NCBI GenBank assembly: GCA_032718475.1
Contig: JAUCBJ010001945.1
Coordinates: 39,434 to 103,433, forward strand
Length of the DNA stretch: 64,000 bases
Source: Nemertoderma westbladi
Lineage: Eukaryota; Animalia; Xenacoelomorpha
Direction: 5' to 3'
Shown here: positions 10,961 to 23,727 of the stretch, in pieces
How positions within the stretch are numbered: position 1 is the first letter of the stretch
How the letters are laid out: each line of letters opens with the position of its first letter
Translations under genes and position numbers: made by a program
The notes under the pieces: model-generated
The model's database searches: none
Told to the model about the DNA's origin: nothing
What the model saw: only the letters and a program-made list of their open reading frames with translations

Positions 10961-12444
10961 ATCAGGAACCGAGAGGTTCATTACTGTAAGAATTGTTGGC
11001 TGATTGACTGGCTGACTGGCTAATCTATAGTCAAAACTACTCTAACGATTTTGATGAAATTTTCACAGCGGCTGGATACCGCGATTCTAAGGTCCCTGGT
11101 ATGTTCCGCTATTTCGTCCATGAGCCGTGGGCTCGAAAAATAGACATAAACGAAAAAACGCCATAGGCGCAATGGTAAAATAACACCAATAACAGCTGGT
11201 GTCGTGATGAAAAATGGCTTATGTAATGGATTTCTACACAAGGCTTAGTATAAATCGATGAGGTTGCCAAGATTATTGTACTCAGTACACCCATACTGTT
11301 TGTTTAGGCCCTAGGACACTCTGTCAAAGCAAATATTAACTGGTTGGTTTAGTTTGAAATCTATTATCGCCTCAGCTGAATTACTCTTCCCAATGCATTC
11401 TATGCGAATATCTCACTCTGCTAATGTAAGCTGAATGACGGTTTAGTACACAGTGTGTTGGCTACATTAATGCCAACATTATTGCAAAATGTTTTATTGT
11501 TGGATTACTCTCTGTCAGTCTCCCCTTCAGAACATTGTATAGGGAATTTACTTTAGTTTACTCTACTGTGCATTCAGCTGAATGGATTTGAGCGATTGCC
11601 AAGTACAGAGTTGGATCATTCTCTGACCATAGGCAAAGACAAATCTTTTTAAAAATATACTTTTTAATGTTTTTTTTTCTGACCAAAAATTTCAAAAAAA
11701 TTTTTTCGTAGTCATTACTGCCAATCGATTCGCCATCAAAAATAACGTAAAAAATTTTTTTTGCAAAATTTTAAATTACTGTAAATTTTTGGCGACTGGG
11801 GGGGGTCAATTTTTTTTGATCCGCTATAACTCCGGAACGCTTTGTCCAAATTCGATGGGGTTTTCATTTTTCAACTTAATTCGATGTCCTCTTTCAGCCT
11901 ATCCATGTTTCGAAACCCCAAACAGCGCCGTTCAAAAATTAATTTTTTCTAGTTCTAGAATTTTACAAATTTCAAAAAAGTTGCAGTATTTTATTAACGC
12001 CTTTACGGAATTCGATAGCGTTTTCGATTTTTATATTAAACGCAATATCCTGAATCTCACTAGCCTAGTTTCGCGTCACCAATGCCAAGATTTCATACTT
12101 TTTGAGGAAAATTTTTCTAGAATAATTTTTATTTAATTACATTTATCGCGATTTCTTATTACTGATTGCACATGAATTGATGGAGTTTTCAATTTATTAA
12201 CTAAACACGATATTGCGCATCGCACCAGCGTGGTTTCGAAATTCCAAAACGAGGTCTTCACTAGTTGCAGGTCGATTTTGTTCTAGAATTGAGCAACTAA
12301 TAATGGATCGAATTTATTAATAATTATTGTATGAAATATGATTGTATTTTTAGATAATTATTAGTTCTATACTAATTATCGTTGTCTCTTTTATTTAAAA
12401 TAAAAAGTCGGTTCCTTATCGGGCCGCTAGGCCCGTCACTAGTT
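10961..12444 (+). mobile_element. Helitron/DINE-1-like non-autonomous element inside the BEL element
   Basis: Sub-TIR aggaaccga (10964) / tcggttcct (12408); 3' hairpin cgggcc-gcta-ggcccg then CTAGT; core shared with 1836-2730. Confidence 0.65.
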
Positions 12445-14030
12445 AGGAACCGAAGGTTACTTTCTGTAAGAATTTGATGTAATAGTAATAGTAATAGTAA
12501 TAATAGTAATATTTTGAAGCGAAATAACATAAAAACGGCTCTAACGATTTTGTTAAAATTTTGCATAACGCAATGTTTTGATGACCACTATCGTTTCCCG
12601 CTGGTCCCATGTCTGTCCATAGAATGTGGGCTCGAAAAATAGTCATAAACGAAAAAACGCCATAGGCGCAATGATAAAACACCAGCTGGAGCGCATGAAA
12701 AATGTATAGAGGGCCTAGTGATTCTATTCAATAGAGAAAGGGCCAACTAACAAGGATGTACTTTCTGTGCCAAGTTTTTAGTTAATCACTCACTCTTTCA
12801 ACCCAGACTATAAGCAAACATTAACTTGGTTAGTAATGTACTATTATCCCATCAGCTGAATAACTCTTCCCCGTGCTTCCTAAGGGAATATCTACAAGGT
12901 GGTGGTGGGTTGTGGGTCAGCGGAATGAATTTTAGTTACACACATAGTGCTGGTTACCGTTAATGGTACTATACTCAGCTAATAATAAAATAATAATTGA
13001 TGTATTTAATAATCCGAGAGGGAGGTGAGTTAATGACTTGCTTGGCAAACATTAATTATATTAATCTGTCAAACCAGAGGGAATACAGAGTGGGATCTAC
13101 AGTACCTGTCTCTGTATAACTTTTTACCCAGCTGATAGCTCCTTTAATCCAACACAAACTGTTGCCCTGGATTCAATGAATGCGAATGTCTATTACAGTA
13201 GGTTCCTGGGAAAAGCTGGCCACCTGAATGACTTTTTAGTTATAGAGTAGTGTACATGAGTGAGGCCTAACTCTTTCAGCGAACAATTATAATTATACTA
13301 TGGCTAGTTATATATTCTGACTTTGGCTTCCGACACACACATACACTGAAACCTACACCTAAGTTCGCTGGTTATTCGCAGTTCTGACTCGCCATATATG
13401 AACCTAACTGTAGGGTACTATTGATAAACTATACTAGTTGCAATGTTCAATTAAAATCAGAGTTTGGAGGTCTAATTATGTTTTGGCAACATTAATACTA
13501 TGAGTGGTGTTTGGTATTATATATAATTTTGATGTAGACAGGATATGTTGCCCTAACTGCTTTAATAATTACTAGGAACAGATTTTGAGATATATGAGTT
13601 TCTTTTCCCTAAATTGAGAATTTAACATTGAGGCGGGATATTAATTTGCCAAGGTGGGTTTTGCGTCCACTTCCCACCCTGTCTCCTTTGTTCACTACCT
13701 TGGTGCAATTTTTTATTATAAATGCTGAACATACGTGCAAATTACAGTATTAGTATAGGTAGTGCTGGCTGATACTGGGTGCTCATATTTGCAACCATTT
13801 GTAACAAATTGTAACCAGGGACATCAATTCGTGACAAGGTGCTCATATTTTTAACCAAACACAATGATTCGTAATGCGGAAATACAGATTTGTAACCAGG
13901 CGCTCAGATTCGAAACTGGTTTAGAGATGATATCCTGAAAAAAATAGTTAGCGGCTTATGGCTGGTAAAAATATTAGTTTCGGTTTGGTTTAACTTCGGT
14001 TCCTTCACGGCGTCTCGACGCCGTCTTTAA
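12445..14030 (+). mobile_element. Second, tandem Helitron/DINE-1-like element
   Basis: aggaaccgaa (12445) / ttcggttcct (13995); (tagtaa)n microsatellite; hairpin acggcgtc-tc-gacgccgt; shares gggctcgaaaaatag.cataaacgaaaaaacgccataggcgcaatg with the previous copy. Confidence 0.65.
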
Positions 14031-15512
14031 TGTAATGTTATTATAATCATTTTTATTCAATTTTATTTAGTAGAATGTTATTTTAGTGATTATTTAGTAG
14101 ATTAGTGCAATATATTAGTGTTTATTACGTACGTAATTACTTATAATATACATTTAGTGCGACGGCGAGAAAATAATTATTTTTCTCTTTCCTTACTGTC
14201 CGTATCATATTATAAATACGTGACTACAGTAAGATGAAATGTCCGTACTTATGTCCGATTTTTATGAAATAATAAATAAAATAAAATTAAAGTACAATAA
14301 GGCCACTACTATATTCAAGTATTATTGGTAGGCAGAGTGTTGGGAATGCAAAGTTCAGATCCTCGTGTCTCGGCTAAACCAAGCTCTGGGTAGACCTTGG
14401 AAACGACTTGCCTCTTCACACTGACATTGCTTCGTGCGATATTGCTCTTCTACCTTATATTAAATAATACATATAGTAGCGTGATGTCCCTATAACAGTA
14501 GCGTAAAACGCAAATAAATTTGTTAAACTTTTGACCATCTGTAATTCTAGTCGATTAAGATATCGCGGCACCCACCGATATACTTGAAAGACAAATTCTA
14601 GAATCAGTGGTTAACGTCCCCAGACAAGATCTGGAATAAATCGGTGCCCATCTTAAATATTAATTTAATATTTATTAAAATCTGTAAAATTCAGATCCGT
14701 TAACAATTCTAGTCGATTAAGATATCGTAGCACTTACCGATACTCTTAAAAGACAAATTTCATAGAATTAAGGATCCTATGTCCCCAGACCTGCTCTGGA
14801 ATCAAATTGTGTCAATTTTAACATCAAATAATAAAATTCACGGGAATAAATTTAAATTCATATTTTAAATAAATTTCATAAATTGTCATTTTGTACAATT
14901 TATAACATTCCCAAAATTCCATTAATTAATAGATCATGGGAGCGGAGATTCATCCTATTGAGTGTATTAGAGTGCGAGAATCTCCAACATATAGTCAATA
15001 GCCGATAAAATTAATAAAATCATGCATAAAGAGGATATTGACAATTAAAGAATTATTATTAAATAGCATCCCAGATCTGTATGCATGAGAATTACCCTAA
15101 TTCTACCGCTAGCATTCCATAATGTCACCATAGCAACACCCACGCTAGAATTAGAGGCAAGTTAAAAGAGTTAAAAGTAAAAAGTACAATTGGTGACAGT
15201 TGTGTGGAATTTGTGCGTTTGTAGGTGAATGTTACTGCTAAGGTGTGTTTACAGTAGCTAGTCGCAATTGTGAAAGTAACCCAACTCTCCTATAGAAAGA
15301 ACCTAAAGTGGATTCAAGCCTTTGGGACGGACAGTGGAGTGACTTGTGCCGGTTGTCGTTGTCGTACTGTTGCTACATGTTGGCGTAAACACCGCGACAA
15401 CGGTACATCGGCGCTGAGGATCCCACTGTCCGGGGGCAAAGAGAGGTAGGCAGCGACGTCCGCTCGCCTAAACATAAACTCATTTCGATATTAACAAACT
15501 CAGATAGCAGAT

Positions 15513-15911
15513 ATGACGGAGTTGATAGAAGATGATCTTGGTATCAAGGAGCGATATACTCTACCTTTGCAAGCATTTGTGGATAGCTTAATACGCGGTG
15601 AAGCCGATCCAACCATTACGGAGGACGATGGTCGTTATATCGAACCGCCGATGTCCCAAGAGCAACTTGCGCGTGAATTGGACTATCGAAAATCCACCGC
15701 GCGCTATACGCATCGTAATAGTACGTATATGGACTTCCTAACTACCGGCCATCCTATCGATTTACCTGATACGGACGATGTAGACACCGAAAGGGAAATG
15801 GTTCTATTTAAATATCATACCCAGCGGAGTCGTAACGATAAACCGAGAATAGATCACGAAAATTCTATTCGTAACAGACTGGGAAGACGAACCAATATGC
15901 CTAGAATCTGA
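15513..15911 (+). CDS. Accessory ORF of the BEL element, N-terminal part, unknown function
   Basis: 132-aa ATG ORF with coding-like composition; same frame as 16068-16961. Confidence 0.5.
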   Translation: MTELIEDDLGIKERYTLPLQAFVDSLIRGEADPTITEDDGRYIEPPMSQEQLARELDYRKSTARYTHRNSTYMDFLTTGHPIDLPDTDDVDTEREMVLFKYHTQRSRNDKPRIDHENSIRNRLGRRTNMPRI

Positions 15912-16067
15912 GGAGATTCAGCCTAGCGCGCCCGGAACAGCGACAACGATTACATCCTAGAATGGTATCAAGGTCCACAGTGTCTCACTGCGTACGATTA
16001 TCGCCATGCCAACTATGTTTCTCGGCAACGTTGTCGGTTATGCGCATCGAGAGACCATGTTACGCCC

Positions 16068-16961
16068 ATGGACACAAACGTCCGCTGTTCCTATTTCCAC
16101 GAACAACCGGCGATGGAAATTTATTGCGCGTATTGCAGATTTAATAATTTGCATATTTTTGCGGTTTGCCCTCAATTTATGACTCAATGTCACCATTGTC
16201 AACTAAAGGGACACGCCAGTTTCGATTGCCCTTTTAATCACGATTTGAAAAGCGTAGATGAAATGATCACACTACGTTACATCAGAGCTTGGGAAGCGAA
16301 CGCTAATTTACATTGTGATTCGCGCCATCGTTATTATCCTGGACGCGCTTACGAAGGAATTTATGCGTTCCATCCTTATCTATTCGCTTCTGTCGAACAG
16401 AAATCACGCATATCGAGTTACGAACTACTGAAGCGCGTCGGAGAATGTATTTCAACTAAATTCGTACGCAAATTTCTCAGGAGTGTTAATCCTAGCGACC
16501 TTCATTCCTATAACTTAATCAATTATATCCGTCAGGATCCGGACTATGGAGACTTGTTTGTTAACTCACACCCCGAGTTACAGGAAGTACATCGACGGCC
16601 TTACGAATACCGAGCCCGCGAACGCGAGTTGGAAAGGACCATTAAACCCCGGAGGTTTCTAACTGCCTATGGTCCATCCACGGCCCTCGTTCAGACCACT
16701 CGTAAAGGACCCGTAAGAGCGGCTGTCTTGAAACGAGCTCTCAAAGCCGTTAGACCCCTCTCCCCGGACGTTGATGTCAATCAACCCGGTACTTCGACTG
16801 GCGGATACACCGACCATAATCCTACACCCTCTGATGCAATCATATTGCACCCTTCACCCGGGGGTTATAGCCCTCCTTGTAAAGTGGCTCGCCCCAAAGA
16901 GAAAAGGACTCTGGCTAGCTTTAAAAAACTGCGTAAACGCCGTCCGCGCAAGAAAGACTAA
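16068..16961 (+). CDS. Accessory zinc-knuckle protein with basic C-terminal NLS-like tail
   Basis: CAYCRFNNLHIFAVC and CHHCQLKGHASFDC; frame is open upstream to 15927 with CRLCASRDH; ends KKLRKRRPRKKD just before the 3' LTR. Confidence 0.65.
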   Translation: MDTNVRCSYFHEQPAMEIYCAYCRFNNLHIFAVCPQFMTQCHHCQLKGHASFDCPFNHDLKSVDEMITLRYIRAWEANANLHCDSRHRYYPGRAYEGIYAFHPYLFASVEQKSRISSYELLKRVGECISTKFVRKFLRSVNPSDLHSYNLINYIRQDPDYGDLFVNSHPELQEVHRRPYEYRARERELERTIKPRRFLTAYGPSTALVQTTRKGPVRAAVLKRALKAVRPLSPDVDVNQPGTSTGGYTDHNPTPSDAIILHPSPGGYSPPCKVARPKEKRTLASFKKLRKRRPRKKD

Positions 16962-17039
16962 CTGTTTAGAGTATTTACGTATATTAGAAACTGTGATTTT
17001 GTATATTTTATAGACTCAAATCCCATTTTCTGGGAGCGG

Positions 17040-18295
17040 TGTAAAAGCTTCTGTGGGATATAACTGGCCCCTTTTGCTTCGCAATCCAGTTTCCCCCCAG
17101 GCGCTGGAATACTCTAAAAAGGTTCTCTAACTGTACATATATTCCCCTCGCCTGCAAGGTACCGTTACAGGTGTTTTAACGGACATAAAAGTCATTCTGC
17201 TATATACGTGTTTTGGCGGACATGGTAAGGCAAAAATCCTGCAATGCACCAACTACCTTTCACAGCTTAGCCGTGATGATTCATATTACGACATCTAACA
17301 GCTGGTTGCTGACATGGAAACAGCCATTGGACGCATGGTTCTTTGTTTGGCTTGAGCCAATCAGAGCGATTTTTCCTGTCGACGTGTAGCTTTTCGGCCG
17401 ATCATAAGGAGAGTGTTCAGTCTTACTGTTTTCACTTGATACTTTGTTGTTATTGCTGTCTAAGCCAGAAACACCGGCTCTAGAGTTAATTCTTTTCATA
17501 CTTTAAGAAGAAACATTAGTAGGCTTAAATTATAGAGCGTATGACTGTTATCAGTCAAATCCATTCACAATTCAATACTTTGTTGTTATTACTGTTCAAC
17601 ATACATTATTATACTGCTATTTACTGTTGTGTTTGGTTGAATATTATTTGGAGAACATATATAAAGAACCCAAATTTCCCAATTTTCTTGATACACTACA
17701 GGTTAGAGAGACGGGTTATATATAGCGATTGCGACTTATATTGTTGTGGTTTGTAGTGAATTTAATGCTATTTGATAAGCACTACATTGGTCCGTTGCTA
17801 TTCCCTTTATATATGATAAAATACATTGACGGGCGGCAAATTAGTGAGCAGTATTGTGTGTTACCGGTAGTGTGCATGATTGTGACCGATAACTAAGCAT
17901 TTCCTAAAGAATGCGCCTCATACGTGAATCTTAAGCCTTACCGACTTACCGTTGTGATTAGTATAAGTCATATCTCTGTTTACTTAGATAGAGCGCCACG
18001 TCCTAAAAGGAACTGTTAATATTTCCCGAAAGTGAATAATATTAGTCAGAAATTAATTATTAATGATCAATCGAATAATACAATACCGTAAGCTTCACTG
18101 CAATAATAATCTAAGCCGACAGAATCCAGTCTCCCGGGATTATCCAGCGGGTGAATGGACGCGCACTAGGCTGGCTTCTGCTAATGTTGTGTTTATTGGT
18201 ATTAAATATTGTCATCTTCTAGAGTCGATTTATAAACCAAAAGACATATAAATTTTGGCAGGTTAAACTGCTAAAGGTCTTCAAAAGCGCGTACA
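17040..18295 (+). repeat. 3' LTR of BEL/Pao element
   Basis: Repeat of 3505-4760; preceded by a short purine-rich tract gggagcgg. Confidence 0.95.
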
Positions 18296-18300
18296 CCATG

Positions 18301-18468
18301 GAAAGCGTAGTCGTGGACGACCGGCTATACAGTAACATATATCGACCAGCTTGAAAGGGATATTGAACTTGGGAGAAACGAAATTGCGACAACTATGGAG
18401 AATCGGAAAGCCTGGAAGGATCTCATTTCCACTATCCGAGTTCGCTCACCTATAAATTAGTAGTAGTA
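18301..18468 (+). mobile_element. RTE LINE 3' fragment, right half, with (TAG)n tail
   Basis: Matches 48418-48572; ends tagtagtagta. Confidence 0.9.
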
Positions 18469-18529
18469 CATGTAAAGTTACAACGACGCGGAGCGCACAC
18501 TGCGTAAGCGGTGATAGGCTTACACCGCG

Positions 18530-20708
18530 CTAACTAACCATTGGGATGCAGCATCGTGTACTCTAGTAACTAACCATTAGGGTGCAGCTCATCATGTACA
18601 CTAGTAACATACCAGTGGGATGTATCATCGTGTACACTAGTAATTAACGAGTGGGATGCAGTATCGTGTACACTAGTAACTAACCATTGGGGTGTAGCTC
18701 ATCATGTACACTGGTAACTAACCATTGGGGTGCATCTCATCATGTACACTAGTAACTAACCATTGGGGTGCAGCTCATCATGTACACTAGTAACTAACCG
18801 GTGGGATGCAGCATCGTGTAAACTAGTAACTAACCATTGGGTGCAACTCATCATGTACACTAGTAACTATCCATTGGGATGTTGCACCGTGTACACTAGT
18901 AACTAACCAGTGGGATGCAGCATCGTGTACACTAGTAACTAACCATTGGGGTGCAGCTCATCCTGTACACTAGTAACTAACCGGTGGGATGCAGCATCGT
19001 GTACACTAGTAACTAACCAGTGGGATGCAGCATCGTGTACACTAGTAACTAACCATTGGGTGCAGCTCATCATGTACACTAGTAACTAACCATTGGGATG
19101 CAGCACCATGTACACTAGTAACTAACCAGTGGGATGCAGCATCATGTACACTAGTAACTGACCATTGGGGTGCAGCTCATAATGTACACTAGTAACTAAC
19201 CGGTGGGATGCAGCATCGTGTACACTAGAAACTAACCAGTGGGATGCAGCATCGTGTAAACTAGTAACTAACCATTGGGGTGCAGCTCATAATGTACACT
19301 AGTAACTAACCATTGGGATGCAGCACCGTGTACACTAGTAACTAATCAGTGGAATGCAGCATCGTGTACACTAGTAACTAACCATTGGGGTGCAGCTCAT
19401 CATGTACACTAGTAACTAACCGGTGGGATGCAGCATCGTGTACACTAGTAACTAACCAGTGGGATGCAGCATCGTGTACACTAGTAACTAACCATTGGGG
19501 TGCAGCATCATGTACACTAGTAACTAACCATTGGGGTGCAGCTCATCATGTACACTAGTAACTGACCATTGGGGTGCAGCTCATAATGTACACTAGTAAC
19601 TAACCGGTGGGATGCAGCATCGTGTACACTAGAAACTAACCAGTGGGATGCAGCATCGTGTAAACTAGTAACTAACCATTGGGGTGCAGCTCATCATGTA
19701 CACTAGTAACTAACCATTGGGATGCAGCACCGTGTAAACTAGTAACTAATCAGTGGAATGCAGCATCGTGTACACTAGTAACTAACCATTGGGGTGCAGC
19801 TCATCATGTACACTAGTAACTAACCGGTGGGATGCAGCATCGTGTACACTAGTAACTAACCAGTGGGATGCAGCATCGTGTACACTAGTAACTAACCATT
19901 GGGGTGCAGCTCATCATGTACACTAGTAACTAACCAGTGGGATGCAATATCGTGTACACTAGTAACTAACCATTGGGATGCAGCATCGTGTAAATTAATA
20001 ACTAACCAGTGGGTTGCAGCATCGTGTACACTAGTAACTAACCGGTGGGATGCAGCATCGTGTACACTAGTAACAAACCAGTGGGATGGAGCATCATGAA
20101 CACTAGTAACTAACCAGTGGGATGCAGCATCGTGTACACTAGTAACTAACCGGTGGGATGCAGCATCGTGTACAATATTAACTAACTAGTGAGATGCAGC
20201 ATCGTGTACACTATTAACTAACCAGTGGGATGCAGCATCGTGTACACTATTAACTAACTGGTGGGATGCAGCATGGTGTACACTAGTAACTAACCGGTGG
20301 GATGCAGCATCATATACACTAGTAACTAACCTTTGGGATGCAGCATCGTGCACACTAGTAACTAACCCGTGGGATGCAACATCGTGTACACTAGAAACTA
20401 ACCAGTGGGATGCAATATCGTGTACACTAGAAACTAACCAGTGGGATATTGCAACATGTACACTAGTAACTAACCGGTGGGATGCAGCATCGTGTACACT
20501 AGTAACTAACCAGTGGATGCAGCATTATTTACACTAGTAACTAACCAGTGGGATACAGCAACATGTACACTAGTAACTAACCGGTGGGATGCAGCAGCGT
20601 GTACACTAGTGATTAACTGGTGGGATGCAGCATCGTGTACACTAGTAACTAACCAGTGGGATGCAGCATCGTGTACACTAGTAACTAACCGATGGGATGC
20701 AGCATCGT
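18530..20708. repeat. 36/38-bp minisatellite (tgtacactagtaactaaccagtgggatgcagcatcg)
   Basis: About 60 tandem units without spacers. Confidence 0.95.
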
Positions 20709-21874
20709 AAGTTACAGTGCCATTAGTGATTGTTTTTCTTGCGAAATCTCTAATTTGTCACAAAATGTGCCCGAAAAGTTATAGAAAAAACACCAATCCC
20801 CCCATATTTATCAATACCGCTTTGATAAATTGGATAAAACCATGCTGCGCACATGCTCGAAATGAAACTAAATTTGGAAAAAGTGTTGTTGCTGATTTGG
20901 AATCGGCATGTATTTCTGTTTCATTTTCAGATAAGGAATATTACTAAATTATATTACTATTCATTCAAACTATCTTCAATAAAGAATACGGTATTCAGGT
21001 GACAGTCGAAATTTATTGGAAATTTTATATTTTGTATTTTTAATTTTTTAGTGTATTATTGTGCTTAATTCGTTCTCCTAACCTCCACAGATACTAATTC
21101 GTTTATTTAGATTCTCAGCCCGTCTGTAACCTGGCTAATTGCTTTTAACAAGCATCTGGTATTCTCCATCAAGGGGAAACTCCAGTATACTTTGGTATAC
21201 TGGTATACTTTTTATGGGCCCTTATTGTTTGTGGGTTTATGCGTTAATGGCATATTATTTATTACAAGTATGTGAGGGCAGTAAGTCCACTAAATTCAGA
21301 TGAGCTTTTTCTGCGAGGAGTATAATTAATTAGTGGACTAAGTCAAGTCATTCGCCCCCTAGCGGTCGACATAATAACTAGAGAGGTTTGTCTGTGTGTA
21401 TAATTTCTAAACTTGTGATAGACACAAGTCTACATATTACATTTCAACAAAGATAAACGATTTATTAGCCTTCATACATTTCCAACGACGACAACGACAA
21501 TGCGTCCACTACGGTAAGGCTCACCAGGACTTACGTGGCTCGCCCCACAGCTGATCTTGTCTCACTTATTTCAGAATTTCATCAAAATGTCCCATTTAAA
21601 ATTCAGGAAAAGTTAAAGGGACTTGGTACACGAATACAATATAATTTGTTTCATGTTTTTGTGGAAATAAAATATGTTTCGTTACAGTTGGAGGTGTCGT
21701 TGAGATTACAAATAACGTTCTTAAATTATACAAACGAAAGATCAACTGTTACTATTCACTTAATCAATTAATTGATAAACTAAAAGCACAACGTGGCTAA
21801 TCTACAACGAATTACGTTGGCTGGCGAAGTTATTGCGACGCTATAAATATTATATCTAGAAAAAATGGGAGCCG

Positions 21875-23245
21875 CTAGAGAAAGTTGAGCCCGATGCCAA
21901 ATTGAGGCCCTTTACGCTGATTGTCCTGAGCCTGGTACTTAATGGGAAAGGCGAAATTAAATTCGGCGCGAGCGGGGAACGGGAATCCTTTAGTGGCGAG
22001 GGAAACTCCGAAACCGAGAGAAAGTCGGGTTGCCTTGGTGTCCAACAGTTCGGAGAGGGTGCGGGTCATACCGAGTCGGTTGTCGACGTTAACTAGGTTC
22101 CCGAGGGTGGAGAAGAGATGGAAGGAGGCACACATAGTCTCATCCGTCTGCTCCTCTCGTCGCCATGGGTAGAGTCGGTACCGCGCGTGGACCCCCATCC
22201 CGTAGTACAGGTTGCCGCCCAGCATGACCTCGCGTCTCCCGGGACCGAGACCGTTGAGATCGAATCCGCGCACGGTGGTGGGGCCCCCATAGAAGAATCG
22301 GTCGGCTATCGAGCTGCGCGTCCCCACCGAGTTGAGATGCCCCGTCTGGAGACCCGCAGTCACCACCAGGTCATTCAGCAAGGAGTAGTTGAACTCCAAA
22401 TCGAGTTGATTCTTAATCCCCAAGGTGTCCCCACCTAGTAGGCCCATCACCTCGGTAACAAACCGAACCAAGGAGCCGCGCTTCGGTTCCAACACGTTGT
22501 CCCGGGAGTCATTGGTTACCGAGTGCCGGAGGGATTGCTTTACTGTGTTCCCAGCCTCGTTTCGTATCTCCATCAGATCGACCGCTTTGTACGGCTCGAT
22601 CTCCCGCCACACGGCTTCGTACGCCGCAGTGTGGCGCCCCAACGAGGAGGTGAAGTTGATCGCGGTCGACATGCCGCGTTGCGTCTCGACGTATCGCGAC
22701 CAGAAGCAGTCGTTCTCTCGTTGGAACACCGAGGCCTCGCCGTCGATGTGTCGGTAGTTATGCAACGTCGGTTTGTGGAAGGTGGCGGAGAACGCGTTTC
22801 CGCGCGTCTGTAGGAACTCTCGTTCTGCGTTTAGCGACAATCTTTCCCCCCTCCCCAGCGGGTTGAGACATTGCAACCGAAGATCGACGTCCCACGCACT
22901 GCTTCCAACGTGCGACGCCAACCTTCCATCCCATAACTTTTCAACCGCTGTGAAATTAATCTGAACATCTGAACTTCCCTTATCGCATTGTTCAACCCTC
23001 CACTCAACCGGCCCTTTATAGATTCCTAAAGCTTCCAGCTCATTCTTCACTTTCTCCGATAATTCGATGACATCTGCCAGAGGAGAATCCACAACATCCA
23101 GAAGAGGTCCTAGGAATAGGGCTAGAAAATCGCCCTTAGTTCGTCCTGAGTTTATTCGAACACGCTTTACGTTGACGCGTTTATCTTCGGAAATATTAAG
23201 CTCACCACTCCGTTGAGGATTCGAACCAAATAATTTACTCTTCAT
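21875..23245 (-). CDS. SAMM50: Sorting and assembly machinery component 50 (Omp85 family), intronless
   Basis: N-terminal POTRA-like region (GRTK.DFL); DRFFYGGPTTVRGF motif; C-terminal beta-signal QFGIGLNFL. Confidence 0.92.
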   Translation of the reverse strand: MKSKLFGSNPQRSGELNISEDKRVNVKRVRINSGRTKGDFLALFLGPLLDVVDSPLADVIELSEKVKNELEALGIYKGPVEWRVEQCDKGSSDVQINFTAVEKLWDGRLASHVGSSAWDVDLRLQCLNPLGRGERLSLNAEREFLQTRGNAFSATFHKPTLHNYRHIDGEASVFQRENDCFWSRYVETQRGMSTAINFTSSLGRHTAAYEAVWREIEPYKAVDLMEIRNEAGNTVKQSLRHSVTNDSRDNVLEPKRGSLVRFVTEVMGLLGGDTLGIKNQLDLEFNYSLLNDLVVTAGLQTGHLNSVGTRSSIADRFFYGGPTTVRGFDLNGLGPGRREVMLGGNLYYGMGVHARYRLYPWRREEQTDETMCASFHLFSTLGNLVNVDNRLGMTRTLSELLDTKATRLSLGFGVSLATKGFPFPARAEFNFAFPIKYQAQDNQRKGPQFGIGLNFL

Positions 23246-23727
23246 AACTCTCTAACTTTAAACTAAGACATTAACATAACATTAATTATTATTATATTAA
23301 CATTAACACTTTTTTGCGGTCACAATAATTCATAGTAGGGTAATTAATACCGGTAGTAATTATTACACACGCTTCGAACTACAGTACTGGTACCGGTACG
23401 GTATATTACCTGTAACTTTTGAACATTTTTCAGAAAGAGTCACCCAACTACAGCTAATACAGTTTGCCAACACATTGTTACTACCCTACTACAGAACTAA
23501 TCATCATTGTTAATAAGAAAGCAACAACCCTTGGACTCTATTCACTACTTCACGTTTGCAGCGCAAAGCATAACGTCGGTACTAATTATAATTAATTATA
23601 ATGTACCATCTGTACGTATAAAGTTGTTCATACTAGTTTTTGTTTTTACAATCTAGTTAATAAAAAATTGTTCTTAGGGATATGTTAGGTAGTTAGTTAT
23701 TTAAAATGTTAATATTCTAGAACACTA

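Larger units (their letters stand above)
3505..18295 (+). mobile_element. BEL/Pao LTR retrotransposon, non-autonomous, 14.8 kb
   Basis: TGT...ACA LTRs of 1256 bp; 5-bp TSD CCATG (3500-3504 and 18296-18300); BEL-type Gag with triple zinc knuckle and DSG protease. Confidence 0.95.

Noticed and set aside
18530-20708. 36-bp repeats resembling a CRISPR array
   Set aside because: Units are contiguous with no unique spacers, there are no cas genes, and the context is eukaryotic
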